A DNA stretch of 63,137 nucleotides, counting the filler, from Octopus bimaculoides (taxonomy: Eukaryota), in the NCBI RefSeq assembly GCF_001194135.2. It is 8 parts of 7 records of this genome, joined end to end, with 100 filler letters (N's around TTAATTAATTAA, not from the genome) between each part and the next. Parts side by side here need not be neighbours in the genome. Positions count along the whole stretch, not along the records: positions 15,994 to 43,333 come from NC_068983.1; 7 more parts are not named here. One strand, written 5' to 3'. Shown in pieces: positions 23,611 to 37,664 of the stretch (the first letter of the stretch is position 1; the number at the start of each line of letters is the position of its first letter). The notes beneath the pieces are model-generated. The model was not told the origin of the DNA, made no database searches, and saw only the letters and a list, made by a program, of their open reading frames with translations. Both the position numbers and the translations under genes were made by a program.

Positions 23611-25882
23611 ATTTAACTTAACCCTGGAAAAGATACTGAACTCTCAATTGTTCATTCAGACTAACTTGAAATAATCTGTGGAGCAATAAATACAGTTTGT
23701 GTAGAGTTATGATAACATCATTGACCAAGCCAATCAGGTAATTTTTAAGCAGTTGCTCAACCTGCTACAAATAGTAGCCAAATCCACATCAACTCCCAAC
23801 CCTACCACATCATTTCAGATAAGGAAAGATGCATTAGATACATTATGTTTGAAGAAAGATCAGATAGACAATGTAGAAGCACTTTGAATTCTAAGTCTAC
23901 TTAATGAGAGCTGACTTGAGTCAAACAACAGCATAATTCTAATTGTAAACTTCATTTAACATGCTGTTAGTTAGTGGTGTAGTGAGATGAGTGGTTACCA
24001 AACGAAGTCTTTGACTTGGTTTTAGTTGAAAATCAAAAGTGTTTCACTCTTTTTCCATTCTTTGAAGAGAAATTAACATTATAGCTTCCAACATCTTCCT
24101 AAAATTTTATGTTTTCCTCTGTTGTTAAAACAAATAAAGTAACAAATAATTCCTCTAATAATGTCATATCAAGGACAAAAGATTCACTGATTGAGGTCAA
24201 AGGTTACTCAGACAAGAAGTAAATTCTTATCACCTTTATATGAGAACAAGTGATGTAACAAAGAAATTTATCTGGTTTTTCTTTTTGTTTTAATGTTTTA
24301 ATCAGAAGAGAGAAATTAGTTTTTATGACCCTTTCAGAGCCTCTGAGATTGATAACAGGAAGAAAGGACCTTATCCTCATTCCGAGCCCAAATTCTTGCA
24401 ACAGAATTGACTTTGCTAAAGATACCAAAGAATTGGGTGAGGATGATTAAATTTACCACCAAAGAACAGGAGAGCTTCTACTAATAAGTTTCCTTGCAAT
24501 TTGTGACATCCACATTTGTTTTAGTACCTAGTTCGTCAACTTCAAAGTCAACAATTCAGCTTTTAAAGCCAGTAAAGAAGCCATTAGATGGTTGCTTGAC
24601 TTACTAAAGAATGCAGTCAAACTTCTTTCAAAAGCATCTTATTGTCTTAGATATTTCCTACTTTTACATCTACTTTTCTGTTAGCATGGGTTTTGATGAA
24701 TATATTATATAGGCATTATTTTTACATCTAAATGTCCTTTCTATTGCTAACTTTTTACTTATTTTTCAAGTAAAAGATCTCTTGTTTCTATATATCTTTA
24801 ACCCTTTAGCATTTAAACCAGCCATAACCAGCTCAAATATCTTACCTGTTTTATGTTCAAACTGGCCAGATCTGGGTTTTTTTTACACCATCTACCCAAC
24901 AATATCGACTTAAAAATATACAATCACATCATTGAAATCTCAAAGCTATGAGACAATACATTATTAATTCAAAACAATGTGAATAAATTAACATTACATT
25001 TGACAGAGTAATCCGAATGCTAAAGAGTTAAAGGTGAAAAGTCAGCAAGCATTTTGCTGACAGAAGAATGACACAATTGCAACTTGCAGGTCAGGGATTT
25101 TTGAAGAATATGCAGGCACACATATACATAAATATGACAGGTTTCTTCCAGATATACTATGTCTGAAAAGTATTTGATCTACTGTTGTTTAACCTCCAAC
25201 TGCATCAAACCAAAGAGTAGTAGTTTTCTTCAATTTCTTCTTCAAATCTCAGAATCCCTACTATGAGATCATGGGTATTGCCCCATATTCCTCTAGCTTT
25301 GTCATAAAAAAAAGTAGAGATAGTAACTGTTATAATATCCATTATTCCATCCATTTTTGTCAGCCACTGTTACTGGAAGGATTGTGAGAGTAGGGTCCTC
25401 AGGCACCTCCTCCATTGGGTCCTATTAGAAGCAACCATTGTTTCACTTCCCGGTTGAAATCCTAGGTGTGGTAAATTCAGACCTCTCAATGCAGAGAAAT
25501 TGCAGCTCAACCTAGAGAGACTCCCTAATTAAAATATATTGTTTTATATACTTTTAAGGTAGAAATAATCATATATATATATATTATTAGTATTTAGCAG
25601 AAGTAACAGATTGACTCAAGGTCCAAGAGTTTCATGCATTGGCACTTATCAAACTGTTACTTCTGATAAATATTAGTAAAAATAAACATATACTCATATT
25701 TTGAGTTCTATTTTTTCCTGTTTGCATCAACATATATATATAGATATATATACATATATAGTTTTAGGGAAAAGAACCTAAAACTATATATATATATATA
25801 TATTTTATACTGTGAAACTTAATTTAATTTTAATAAACTTAATTTAATTGAGTTTTTACCTGTAAATTTGGATTTTTATCCC

Positions 25883-25929
<47 letters not shown>

Positions 25930-27134
25930 NNNNNNNNNNNNNNNNNNNNNNNNNNNNNNNNNNNNNNNNNNNNNNNNNNNNNNNNNNNNNNNNNNNNNNN
26001 NNNNNNNNNNNNNNNNNNNNNNNNNNNNNNNNNNNNAGAGCAAGTAACAGAATAGGACAGTTTCAAAATGGGTTTTGAGAAACACTGGGTTTCATGGAAA
26101 AATTCTGGTTTTCTGTGAGATGTGTTTTTTGTAACAGAAATTTTATTTAGAAAATGCCATTGATCATTTTGAAAATAATAAATTATATAAAGTCTCCCTG
26201 TAAAGCAATTTTTGTTGCCACAAAGTTAGTGAAAGAATTTTGGTTTCATTTATCTTTTTATCAAAAATAAGATAGGTTGGGTGTGGATGTTAAAAAGTAT
26301 AGGTACTTTTTGGAAAATCATTTAAGGGTTCTGCAACAAAATAATTCTGGTAACCACAGGAATAGGATATCGTGTTAGAGATATCTTTCCAAAGTGCATT
26401 AGTGAAATAAATAAAGAAAACTAACAGCTTATCAAGAAGCAAAACAAATCTGTGACCTTATCTTGCCAAAAAACCCTATCTTTACTGCATGGTGCTCATA
26501 CTTTTGAAAACTGCTTTCTGATAAAACTTAAAACCAACCCTCTGCTGGGAAAATAAACAAGAAAGGAAAATGGACACCCAAAATATTCAGTTCATTACAT
26601 TTGTTTATATGTTGAAAAGTTCTTTACAGAACCTGATGCAAATATTTAAGAAAATAAATACTTCTGGTAGAAACAAGTATCAAAACCAAGTTAGCAGTGT
26701 TAATGAGAAGGAAATTGATAAATTCTTTATTCTGTTACTGGTTGCAGTCATTGGACTGTAGCCATGCTGAGGCACCACCACCAAGGTTTTTTCATTAGTC
26801 TTATCAACTTCAGTTCTTATTTTTGTTTATTATTGGGTCATCTGATAAATAATGCAGTTATTTCAATTGCATGAACTAAAAGTCAAAGTGGGATGGGGTA
26901 AACTACCTGCATCAACTTCCTATAAAGGCAGGTAGTAATTTTACCTTGTACTTATTCTTAGTGCAAGTTTTGAAGAGTGCAGTTAAATTTTAACAGTTAT
27001 AATGGAAGTGACAAAGGATCACATTCGGCATATTTTGCTTTATGAGTTCAATAAAGGCAACAACATAATGGAAAGTGCAAAGAATATTAATATTACACAA
27101 TATTAATATTACACAATAGGTGTAATAAAATTAA

Positions 27135-27590
27135 TATTACACAATAACTGTAAGTCAGTGTCAATGATAGTTTCAGAAATTCCAAGCTGGAAACTACAGC
27201 CTAGAAGACGAGCCTCATCCTGGAAGATCTGTAGAGCTTGACGAGGATGTCCTGCAAACCGTGGTGGGACAAAATCCCATTGTAATTGTTGAGGAACTGG
27301 CAGAGAAGCTTGGATTTGGTCATTCAACCATTCATCAACACATGCATGCCATCAGAAATATGAGCAAATTGGGTTAATGGGTTCCTCACAAACTTTCCAA
27401 GTCTAATCATGTGCAAATGAATGTGTGCTCTTCTTTGCTGCCACATCTCATAAACGAACCATTTTTGGACTGAATAGTGACTGGTGACAAGAAATGGGTC
27501 CTCGATAAAAATGTCAAGCACTGAAAAAGTGGGTAGTGAAAGGAGAAACACTGGCACCCCAAGCTAAAGAAGGTCTTCACCCACATAAAC
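27135..27590 (+). mobile_element. Mariner transposase pseudogene fragment
   Basis: FQKFQAGNYSLEDEPHPGRSVELDED..EELAEKLGFGHSTIHQH..KLG*WVPHKL...FLD*IVTGDKKWV...PQAKEGLHPHK. Contains the HTH, the WVPHEL motif and the first-Asp region, with in-frame stops, and is truncated by a SINE tail and (TA)n. Confidence 0.93.
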
Positions 27591-27613
27591 AAGTAAAAGA
27601 GTAAAAGAGTATG

Positions 27614-27687
<74 letters not shown>

Positions 27688-27719
27688 TGTATATGTATGT
27701 ATGTGTGTGCATTTGTAAC

Positions 27720-28000
27720 AAATGGTTCAGTTCCCAGACTGGGTTGTGTGTTGTGTTCTTGAGCAAGACACTTTATTTCCTGCTGTTCCAGTTCACTCAG
27801 CTGTAGAAACGAGTAGCAACATCACTGGTGCCAAGCCTTTGCCTTTCCCTTGGATAACACTGGTGGCATGGGGAGGGGAGGCTGGTATGCATGGGCAACG
27901 GCTGGTCTTCCATAAACAACCTTGTCTGGACTTGTGCCTCAGAGGGTAACTTTCTAGGTGCAATCCCATGGTCATTCATGAGCAAAGGGGGTTACCCTTT
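27720..28000 (+). mobile_element. tRNA-derived SINE (distinct body)
   Basis: GGTTCAGTTCCCAG..TTGTGTTCTTGAGCAAGACACTTTATTTC, then the body GCTGGTCTTCCATAAACAACC...GCAATCCCATGGTCATTCATGA. Confidence 0.75.
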
Positions 28001-28589
28001 GTACATCATATGTGTATATATGTGTGTGTATTCGTATGTATATGTATGTATATTACTACATAAGTTTATGCCTACCAGTGAAAATTGATATTGTATTTAT
28101 TTGTAAGGCTGAAATAAAAACTGGAATTGATACAATCAACTAGAATCTTTGACAGTGGTGCCCCATACATGATCACATTCCAGTGACTGAAGCCAGTAAA
28201 GCAATAAAAGATAATTCCAAAAAGCAAAATGTTCCCATTGAGGATTCTGATTAAACGCTGTGTTTTGGTTTCTTGTGAATACAATGATTTAAATATGAGC
28301 TGATTTCAGAATTAATCGATAATATACATATATGTATGTGTGTGCATGTGTGTGTGTATGTGTGTGTGTGTGTGTGCATGTGTGTGTTTGTGTGTGTGTT
28401 TGGATGTTTGATATCCATGTGCATACGGTGGCCATGGAGGTAGTGGTAACAACAATGAGAGACTTAAGAACAGAATGATTTAGGAATGACAAATAAATAG
28501 TGTGTGTTGACAAAACGTATGTATGTGTGTTGATAAATGAGAAATAACACAACACTAAGTTTCCTTGGATTTTATTGATTTATCATATG

Positions 28590-28737
28590 TTTGCATGGCT
28601 GTGTGGCTAAGATATTCAATTCTCAGCCTCGTGATTTTGCGTTCAGTCCCATTGCATGGCACCCGAAGCCTTGTGTATAGATTAGTTAGAGAAGTACTGA
28701 AAGAAACCCTGTGTGTGTATGTGTATACACACACACG

Positions 28738-28785
<48 letters not shown>

Positions 28786-29015
28786 CACACACACATCCAT
28801 GTCTGTGTGTTGGCATATGTGTCTCTTTGTTCTGATACCATTTGATAGTCATAAATGATTGTCTCCACATACAAGCTCTGGTGTTCATCTATCAATTTCA
28901 TTCAAAGGCATTGGATGGCCTAGAGCTATAGCAAAAGACACTTGCTCAAGGTGCCACACTGAGATATTGAACCCCAAACCATATGGTTGCAAAGCAAACA
29001 TCTTAACTACACAGC
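28590..29015. mobile_element. Two partial SINE family A copies in opposite orientation around (CA)n
   Basis: Plus-strand head at 28590-28680 and minus-strand head at 28870-29015. Confidence 0.7.
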
Positions 29016-29354
29016 CAGAGTGAAAATAAATTTAAATGAACCAAATATATCTTCAACAATCTAGACACTCACCATGGCTGCTATTTTCAGGCTGTAAGTA
29101 TCTGTGCAAGATAACTTCATTATTGCACAAGTTGCTGATATTTCTATCAAGAATGCTAATAATCGCAGTTTTCTGGCAAGTGCATAGATGTAGTTCTACT
29201 GTGCAATATTTTTTATTTAGATGTTATTTAGCAAGTATATTTATCTAGCAAATGAGTGAGAATGTTGATGTAAAGCACGAAGTATATTGTTTAAGTTCTT
29301 TGGTATTTACAGCATTTTGACTTTACTTTGAATGATGGAGTCTTGAGAAGATGT

Positions 29355-29734
29355 TGTTGGCACTCCATCGTTTACGAAGTTGAGGGTTCCAGTTGATCCG
29401 ATCAATGGAACAGCCTGCTCAGGAAATTAACGTGCAAGTGGCTGAGCATTCCACAGACATGTGTACCTTTAACGTAGTTCTCGGGGATATTCAGCATGAC
29501 ACAGTGTGACAAGGCTGACCCTTTGAATTACAGGCACAACAGAAACAGGAAGTAAGAGTGAGAGAAAGTTGTGGTGGAAGAGTGCAGCAGGGTTCGCCAC
29601 CATCCCCTGCCAGAGCCTTGTGGAGCTTTTGGTGCTTTCGCTCAATAAACACTCACAATGCCTGGTCTGGGAATCGAAACCGCGATCCTATGACCGCGAG
29701 TCCGCTGCCCTAACCACTGGGCAATTGCGCCTCC
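29355..29734 (-). mobile_element. tRNA-derived SINE, family C, near full length
   Basis: Head GGAGGCGCAATTGCCCAGTGGTTAGGGCAGCGGACTCGCGGTCATAGGATCGCGGTTTCGATTCCCAGACC with clear A and B boxes. Confidence 0.9.
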
Positions 29735-29735
29735 A

Positions 29736-29798
<63 letters not shown>

Positions 29799-30199
29799 AG
29801 AAGAGTGGATTGTCATAGCTGGAATGTCTTTGATCACGATATTCCAGCCGTAGCTGATACAGAGTTAAACAATGCAAATGCAACAAGATATGATTCATTC
29901 TCATAATGATACAAGAAACTTTAACATGTAAGGTTCGAGGAAATTAGTTTTCTGAAAAACAGCAATTCTATTCTCATATACAAAAAAAACAAAAAAACAC
30001 ATTTTATATTATTTGTAAAAGTCTTAAATAATGATGTTTCTTTTTGAGTGCATGATAACTTCACTATATTCTTTGTTGCTGGTACTAAGAGAGACTTCCT
30101 GGCACACAATTAAAAAAGCCTAGAGTATCTGTAACAAACTTCAAGCCTATGTCATTTAAGTATTTTGAAGTCTACAAAGTGGGCTTTCTTCAGGACATG

Positions 30200-30760
30200 T
30201 GAACAGAACATTCTCTATGGATTCCAAACCTGGTCTATGAAGAATGGATTTTAAGATTTTAGTGGCACATACCCCAGCTTCTTATGAAGGTTCAAAACAT
30301 CTTTTAGCAAGAGTACAAGACCAAGTAGGCTTATGGAGACATTCTATACCCATCATTACTATCATTGCTTTGTACAGGGTAGACTTTGTTGATCACTGTT
30401 CTATCAGCTGCTATATTTTTGGAGACTCTCAAAGCCTAACAGAAGACCAAGACTACTCAATTAGATTGATGTTGTTGGCAGAGACATACAACATCAAATG
30501 TTGTGCTAAGAGCTAAAGGGAGACAGAGATTCCTGGTATGGTGTGATGAAATGCATTTCAGCTGCAGCAAGGAGGAGGAGTGTGGAAGCAGAAGCTATGT
30601 ATAATTCATGTGAGACAGATGACTGTTTAGGATATGGAGTGTTTGATTATGGGTTATGAGTTCAAATTCTAAAGAGGGTCCACAGACAGGAACAGAGAGC
30701 AAATCATAGGGAGAATTTCTCAGAGATTGACCATCAATTGATCTAGTGAGAGATTCATCA
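30200..30760 (+). mobile_element. Very old LINE (RTE-like) remnant
   Basis: Weak similarity to the RTE tail (ALYRV...SNVVLRA-like text), with many disruptions. Confidence 0.35.
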
Positions 30761-30866
30761 AACATCTGCTTCACTAGATGAAGCCAGAGTTTACTCACTG
30801 GTCTCCAAAAATCTTGTAAGGGTGCAAAATAGCATTTGTATATTTTACATAGTTTTACTTACAAAC

Positions 30867-30898
<32 letters not shown>

Positions 30899-31521
30899 TC
30901 ATTAGAATATAACAAACTTGTTGGGTCATATCTTTCACAAGTGTTTAGGATCAGGTGTGGGCGAATTTTTTTTTACTACTGGAAGCAAATTACAAGTGCA
31001 TGAGAACTCATTGGGACACATCTGTGCTGATGAAAATAATGAATCTTAATTTTTGCAAATTCATAGACATGTAACAATAAATTACTATTTTGGCCTTAAA
31101 GTCATATTTTTTTCATACAGCTTTTCAGAGACTGTCAGTAGGTAGTATCAAATTTTAATGCAAACAAAGGGTTCTCCAAGTCCTTGGTTTAGATAACTGT
31201 CAAGCTTTGTATTTTCAGAAACAGTAATACATATCCTTGTCTACTTTATCATAAAGCCATTCAATACCAGTTCACCAAAACTACATTTATCATAGAAATG
31301 TTCAATGTGATAATAACAACAACAATAATAATAATAATAATAATGATAATAATTATAATAGTTTCTTTTATTTGTCACAGGATCATCTTAAGAGGGAGAC
31401 ATTATTAGGACAGTTTATGATTTATGTGAAAGCTTACATAAAAGATGAGGGGAAGAGAGGGAGAGAAGCAAGGGGGGTGAGATAAAAGGCATACATAATA
31501 TACAAAAGATGTGAACTCATG

Positions 31522-31870
31522 GGTGCAGGAGTGGTTGTGTGGTAAGAAGCTTGCTTTCCAATCATATGGTTACAGGTTCAGTCCCACTACAGTGAGCAAG
31601 TGTCTTCTACTATAGCTTCGGACTGACTGAAACCTTGGAAACTGAAAGAAGCCTGTTGTATATGTGTGTATGTGTCTTTGTGTTTGTCCACAACTTGACA
31701 ACAAGTGCTGATATGTTTATGTCCCTGTAACTTAGCAGTTTGGAAAAAGAGAGTGATAGAATAAATCTTAGGCTTAAAATAAAACAAAGAAGTACTGGGG
31801 TTGATTTATTTGACAAAAGAATTCTTCAAGGCAGTGCCTCAGTTTAATGACTGAAATAAATGGAAAAAAT
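31522..31870 (+). mobile_element. SINE family A
   Basis: GGTGCAGGAGTGGTTGTGTGGTAAGAAGCTTGC through ATGACTGAAATAAA. Confidence 0.88.
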
Positions 31871-32061
31871 AAAAACAAAAAACATGGACGATACAGTCTT
31901 CCTGATACAGGAGAGCCTCCAACAAGAACCAATCTGAAAGCTCAGAGAGCCATGGATCATCCTGACCATCACTGGTATAAACTCTTGCTCAAATGTTATT
32001 TTCCAATCTACAGGTACATGTTTTGAGTAAGTTCCATTCAACCAAACCATTTTTGCCACAA

Positions 32062-32285
32062 TTACTCCTTTACTCTTTTCCTTGTTTCAGTCATTTGACT
32101 GTTGCCATGCTGGAGCACCGCCTATAGTTGAGCAAATCGACCCCAGGACTTATTCTTTGTAAGCCTAGTACTTATTCTATTAGTCTCTTTTGCCGAACCG
32201 CTAAGTTACGGGGACCTAAACACACCAGCATTGGTTGTCGAGTGATGTTGGGGGGACAAACACAGACACACAAACATACACACGC

Positions 32286-32354
<69 letters not shown>

Positions 32355-32524
32355 TACATACGACGGGCTTCTTTCAGTTTCCGTCTACCAAATCCACTCA
32401 CAAGGCTTTGGTCAGCCTAAGGCTATAGTAGAAGACACTTGCCCAAGGTGCCACTCAGTGGGACTGAACCCGGAACCATGTGGTTCGTAAGCAAGCTACT
32501 TACCACACAGCCACTCCTACGCCT
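32062..32524 (-). mobile_element. SINE family A, full length with internal (TA)n
   Basis: Complete head, body and tail. Confidence 0.92.
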
Positions 32525-32638
32525 ATATTATCCACCTTTTAAAAATTTTGCTAAGAGAGAGCACTTCTCTCTCCAACCTTACTTTTATCTCTAAGTGGAA
32601 CAACATTTATTTTCATCAACATAATTTATTACCTACAT

Positions 32639-32750
32639 CAGTGGTTCTCAACTGAGGTGTATATGATCCTTGCAGGGGGTCCCATATAAGATTGGTTGGG
32701 GGGTGCAGGCAAGCAACTTAGTAGTATTTTAAGTGTCCATGAAAAAGTTT
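32639..32750 (+). mobile_element. hAT (Charlie-like) MITE end
   Basis: Begins CAGTGGTTCTCAAC, a typical hAT-Charlie terminal motif. The other end was not found. Confidence 0.45.
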
Positions 32751-32774
32751 TGACTTGTAAAAATACATATATTA

Positions 32775-33188
32775 CTTTTTTCTTTTACTTGTTTCAGTCA
32801 TTTGACTGTAGCCATGCTGTAGCACCATCTTTAGTCAAACAAATCGATCTCAGGACTTCTTCTTTATAACCCTAGTACTTATTCTATTGGACTTTTTTGC
32901 TGAACTGCTAAGTTATAGGGATGGAAGCACATCAACATCGGTTGTCAAGCAATGGTGAGGGGGGGGGGACAAACACAGACACACAAATGCATGCATATAT
33001 ACATATATATATTTATATAAACTTACAATGAGCTTCTTTCAGTTTGTGTCTACCAAATCCACTCACAAGGCTTTGGTTGGCTCAAAGCTATAGTAGAAGA
33101 TACTTGTCCAAGGTGCCACACCGTGGGACTGAACCCAGAGTTATGTGGTTGGAAAGCAAGCTTCTTACAACATAGCCACTCCTGCACA
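32775..33188 (-). mobile_element. SINE family A, full length (older)
   Basis: Complete head, body and tail with many transitions. Confidence 0.9.
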
Positions 33189-33920
33189 AATATATATATA
33201 TATATATTTGACTTGCTTCTTCTTGTGTTTGTTTCTCCATTCTCCACTTGATTATAGTTATAAACTGCGATTTAAATGATAAATTACCTACCACTGGATA
33301 CCTTCTAACAAAGACGGTACCCACACAAGTAATCTCCAGGAGTGCTTTGGATTTAATTATCCCCTGGTTGCTTAGATACTTCAGACTACCCCTTGAATAT
33401 TGAAGCAATCTTATCATATACCTATATATATATATATTGCAAGAAACAGCTGGGTTTCTTTGTCTAAAGTTTCACATAGTTCAACATGTTTCTGGCCACT
33501 GAAATATGTTCTCCCAGTGAGTGCTACAACAATCTTACACAAGTGAATGTGTGAAAAATAAAACAGGAATTTTGAAAGAAATATCAATAAAACTAGATTT
33601 TAAACATTGAATGGCAAGGTGGGTGAGGGGAGAAACCAGAATAAAATAGCAATCAAAGGGGTACATTGGTAAAAAAAAATTTTGCATACCATTAATATAC
33701 GTCTTTGGAAACCTATCGCTGGTAAAATGCTACTGAAGAATTTGTATTTGGAAGAAAACTACAAGAAAACAAAGTCAGGTGTGAGAGAGGGGAGCAGCAA
33801 ACAATTCTTACACCTGAAACAGTGTTACTGCTAAATTTATAAAAAAAAATGCATTATTAAGAAATTTATGAAGAAACAAAGTCAACAAAAGGTTATAAGC
33901 TATAGCTTTGATAGCTAATA

Positions 33921-33968
<48 letters not shown>

Positions 33969-34273
33969 NNNNNNNNNNNNNNNNNNNNNNNNNNNNNNNN
34001 NNNNNNNNNNNNNNNNNNNNNNNNNNNNNNNNNNNNNNNNNNNNNNNNNNNNNNNNNNNNNNNNNNNNNNNNNNNNNNNNNNNNNNNNNNNNNNNNNNNN
34101 NNNNNNNNNNNNNNNNNNNNNNNNNNNNNNNNNNNNNNNNNNNNNNNNNNNNNNNNNNNNNNNNNNNNNNNNNNNNNNNNNNNNNNNNNNNNNNNNNNNN
34201 NNNNNNNNNNNNNNNNNNNNNNNNNNNNNNNNNNNNNNNNNNNNNNNNNNNNNNNNNNNNNNNNNNNNNNNNN

Positions 34274-34306
<33 letters not shown>

Positions 34307-34823
34307 ATGTATGTGCATGTGTCCATCTGGTTGGGAATGCACATTGCAAAATGTGTTAATACAGCCCCAGAAAGATTTTTGACCTTATGGATTTTCTTTA
34401 TACATGATTCTAGGATGCTTTTGCTTATGGATGCAAATTCTAGTGAAAATCCATTAAAAAATTGTGGAATTATTTTCAGGACAAACCTCAATAGTTATAG
34501 ATTTATTTCATTGTAAGTAAGACAAATAACAATCCTAAAAATTCCAATGTATTTCAATCATATGTAGATCCTTTCAGTGTGGGGCAAATTTATGAGAATC
34601 AAGATAGACAGATATTTATGGGAACCAAGATAGAAAGAAGTTTAAATGAGAAAATGAGTGAGATAGAGATTAATTATGAGAGTCAAGATAGGTTTTCAAA
34701 TTAAAAGGGTGTAAAAAAGATGAAAAGTAGTGAAAGTAGTCACAAAGTCCTGGTGTTTTTTTCCTCCAATCAGAAATGCATAAGGAACATATGCACCCAC
34801 ATAAACTCTCTTTTATATTTATG

Positions 34824-35052
34824 AAGGCGGTGAGCTGGCAGAAATGTTAGCGCACCGGGTGAAATACTTAGTGGTATTTCGTCTGCTGTTACGTTCTGAG
34901 TTCAAATTCTGCCGAGGTCGACTTTACCTTTCATCCTTTCGGGGTTGATAAATAAAGTACCAGTTATGCACTGGGGTTGATGTAATCGACTTAATCCCTT
35001 TGTCTGCCCTTGTTTGTCCCCTCTATGTTTAGCCCCTTGTAGGCAATAAAGA
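34824..35052 (+). mobile_element. tRNA-derived SINE, family B
   Basis: GGCGGTGAGCTGGCAGAAATGTTAGC...GAGTTCAAATTCTGCCGAGGTCGACTTTACCTTTCATCCTTTCGGGGTTGATAAA. Same family as 61164-61600. Confidence 0.9.
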
Positions 35053-36238
35053 AATATATATTTATGGATACATTGCCACATGGTGGTAATGACAAATGAC
35101 TGAGACCTTTGGTGATATACCATGCTTGAGAAAATCTGTCAAGCCAAGTGAAATCATAATTATGGGCAACGCCAGCGTCACATAACTGGCACTTGTGCTG
35201 GTGGTATGTACAAAACATCATTTGAATGTTGGGCCTCACAGAGGCAGTGACAAGTGACCGAGAAAGAGAGAGAGGTAGAGAGAAAAGAGAGAGAAAGGCA
35301 AAATGTTGATTGGATTCTTTTTTTTGTGATAGATGGACAAGGTTTATGGTGTGTGGAAAAATTGTATAAATACCTGACTGAAATAAGAGCTAAGAGTGCT
35401 ATGACAGATTAAAGCTATAACGGTGGTGCCCCAGAATGGTCACAGCCCGATATTAGAAACTAATGAAAGAAAAGACAAACAAAGCATTTTTAATTGTATT
35501 GCTTTTTTTTTATGACTTAGAGAGATCAGCAGTATCCATGACTTTTGAAGAAATGTCTCTTAAAACTGGTGGGGACAAAGAAAAGAAAAAAACCTATGAA
35601 TTTAACTGAAGATCTTGTCCTAATGCCTGCAAATCTGTGTACCCCACCACAAGCAACAAAGGGCTAGGTCCAAGAATAAGTAAGCCTATCTGAAATACTC
35701 CCACACAGTTTGCATCTACTCAATTGCACCTATAGTGATTGGAGCAACCCAAGGCTGGAGTTGCCAAAGGTGATGCACAGCATATTTGAACCCAGAATTG
35801 CATGATTTGCAAAGTGAACTTCTTAAACACACAACTATAATGAAAGTACTGACACCTATGCAAACACAAAACACATGCTTACACATGCATGAATGCACAT
35901 AGACACACACACACACGCACACACATACAGAGTGGTACATACACAGAGGCACACAGTCACACACATGGATGCATTCATGCATTCACAAACACTCCCAGAT
36001 GCAGACAGCTCCAACAGATGATTACACAACAGAGACATACAAACAACTACACCTGAAGAACAGACTTCCTATATTCCACCTCACTGCCACATACCATACA
36101 TGACACAGATATTTATCAATTTACACATAATTTATTCCAGAAGGTGAGCTCCAAAAAAGCTATATATTAATTGCAAAGCAAACGCAAACTAACAAATTCT
36201 TATGAAAAGCAGAAAGAGTTTGTTTATGTATGTGTGTG

Positions 36239-36280
<42 letters not shown>

Positions 36281-36894
36281 TAGATAGATAGATATGTATA
36301 TGCATGTATGTATGTATGTATAATTTCCTCTTTATATAACCATCTGAGAAATCTCTTCGGTCTATCTCATAGAACACCCGCCTGCTAATATCATCCACGT
36401 GTACAAACATACTTCCAGATTATTTCCTTTCTAAAGGAAACATTTTAGGCTTCTCTCTTGCTGCTTAACCAAAATGTCAACTCCACAGAGCAACTAGAGT
36501 AAACTAAAGGATTAAAGTAAAGAAAAAGAAATAAAAAGCAGTATCAAGTCTTGATGCTTTTATAATACTCTGCTAATTGTTTACTGTGGATTGTTTTTAG
36601 TTAATACTTTTCACATTTATACTATGTTATATTTTGCTATTTATTACATTCATATATTTTATTTATATGTTGCATTTATATAGTATTTTTTTTTATAAAG
36701 CTGGTCTACTATTTAGTAGATTTGCTATGTATTAAATCTATTATTTAGTGAGTTATGTTATTCATTTAATCTATATAGTATTTTATATAATGCTGATCTA
36801 TTATTCAGTGGGTAAAACTTTCACTAAATTTATATAATACTTTTTATGAAGCAAGACTGTTATTTAGCGGGTTTTGCATTTCATTAAGTTTATA

Positions 36895-37290
36895 TACTCT
36901 TTTACTCTTTTATTTGTTTCAGTCATTTGACTGCAGCCATGCTGGAGCACCACCTTTAGTCGAGCAACTCGACCCCAGGACTTATTCTTTGTAAGCCAAG
37001 TACTTATTCTATCAGTCTCTTTTTGCTGAACCACTAAGTTACGGGGACGTAAACACACCAGCATCGGTTGTCAAGCGATGGTGGGGGGACAAACACAGAC
37101 ACACAAGCACACATACATATATACAACAGGCTTCTTTCAGTTTCCGTCGACCAAATCCAGTCACAAGGCTTTGGTTGGCCCGAGGCTATAGTAGAAGACA
37201 CTTGCCCAAGGTGCCATGCAGTGGGACTGAACCCGGAACCATGTGGTTGGTAAGCAAGCTACTTACCACACAGCCACTCTTGCACCTATA
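36895..37290 (-). mobile_element. SINE family A, full length
   Basis: Complete head, body and tail. Its 5' part is repeated identically at 37671-37842 across an N gap. Confidence 0.92.
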
Positions 37291-37629
37291 TAGNNNNNNN
37301 NNNNNNNNNNNNNNNNNNNNNNNNNNNNNNNNNNNNNNNNNNNNNNNNNNNNNNNNNNNNNNNNNNNNNNNNNNNNNNNNNNNNNNNNNNNNNNNNNNNN
37401 NNNNNNNNNNNNNNNNNNNNNNNNNNNNNNNNNNNNNNNNNNNNNNNNNNNNNNNNNNNNNNNNNNNAGACATATTCCATATATTCAATAAGACATTCAA
37501 TACTTCATTTCATTGTACCATCCATATTTTTTTATATTATATATTCCATATTCTATATCCCACATAAATTTTACAAGAATATAAATAAAAAACATAAAAA
37601 ACAGACAGAGTTGGAACTCTTTTAAATAA

Positions 37630-37664
<35 letters not shown>

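Noticed and set aside
25400-26700. Possible decayed DNA-transposon coding region
   Set aside because: There are stops in every frame I tried, and no catalytic motif or TIR was identified.
29660-29734. tRNA genes in SINE heads (here and in other copies)
   Set aside because: They have A and B boxes but no complete acceptor stem, and they continue into SINE bodies.
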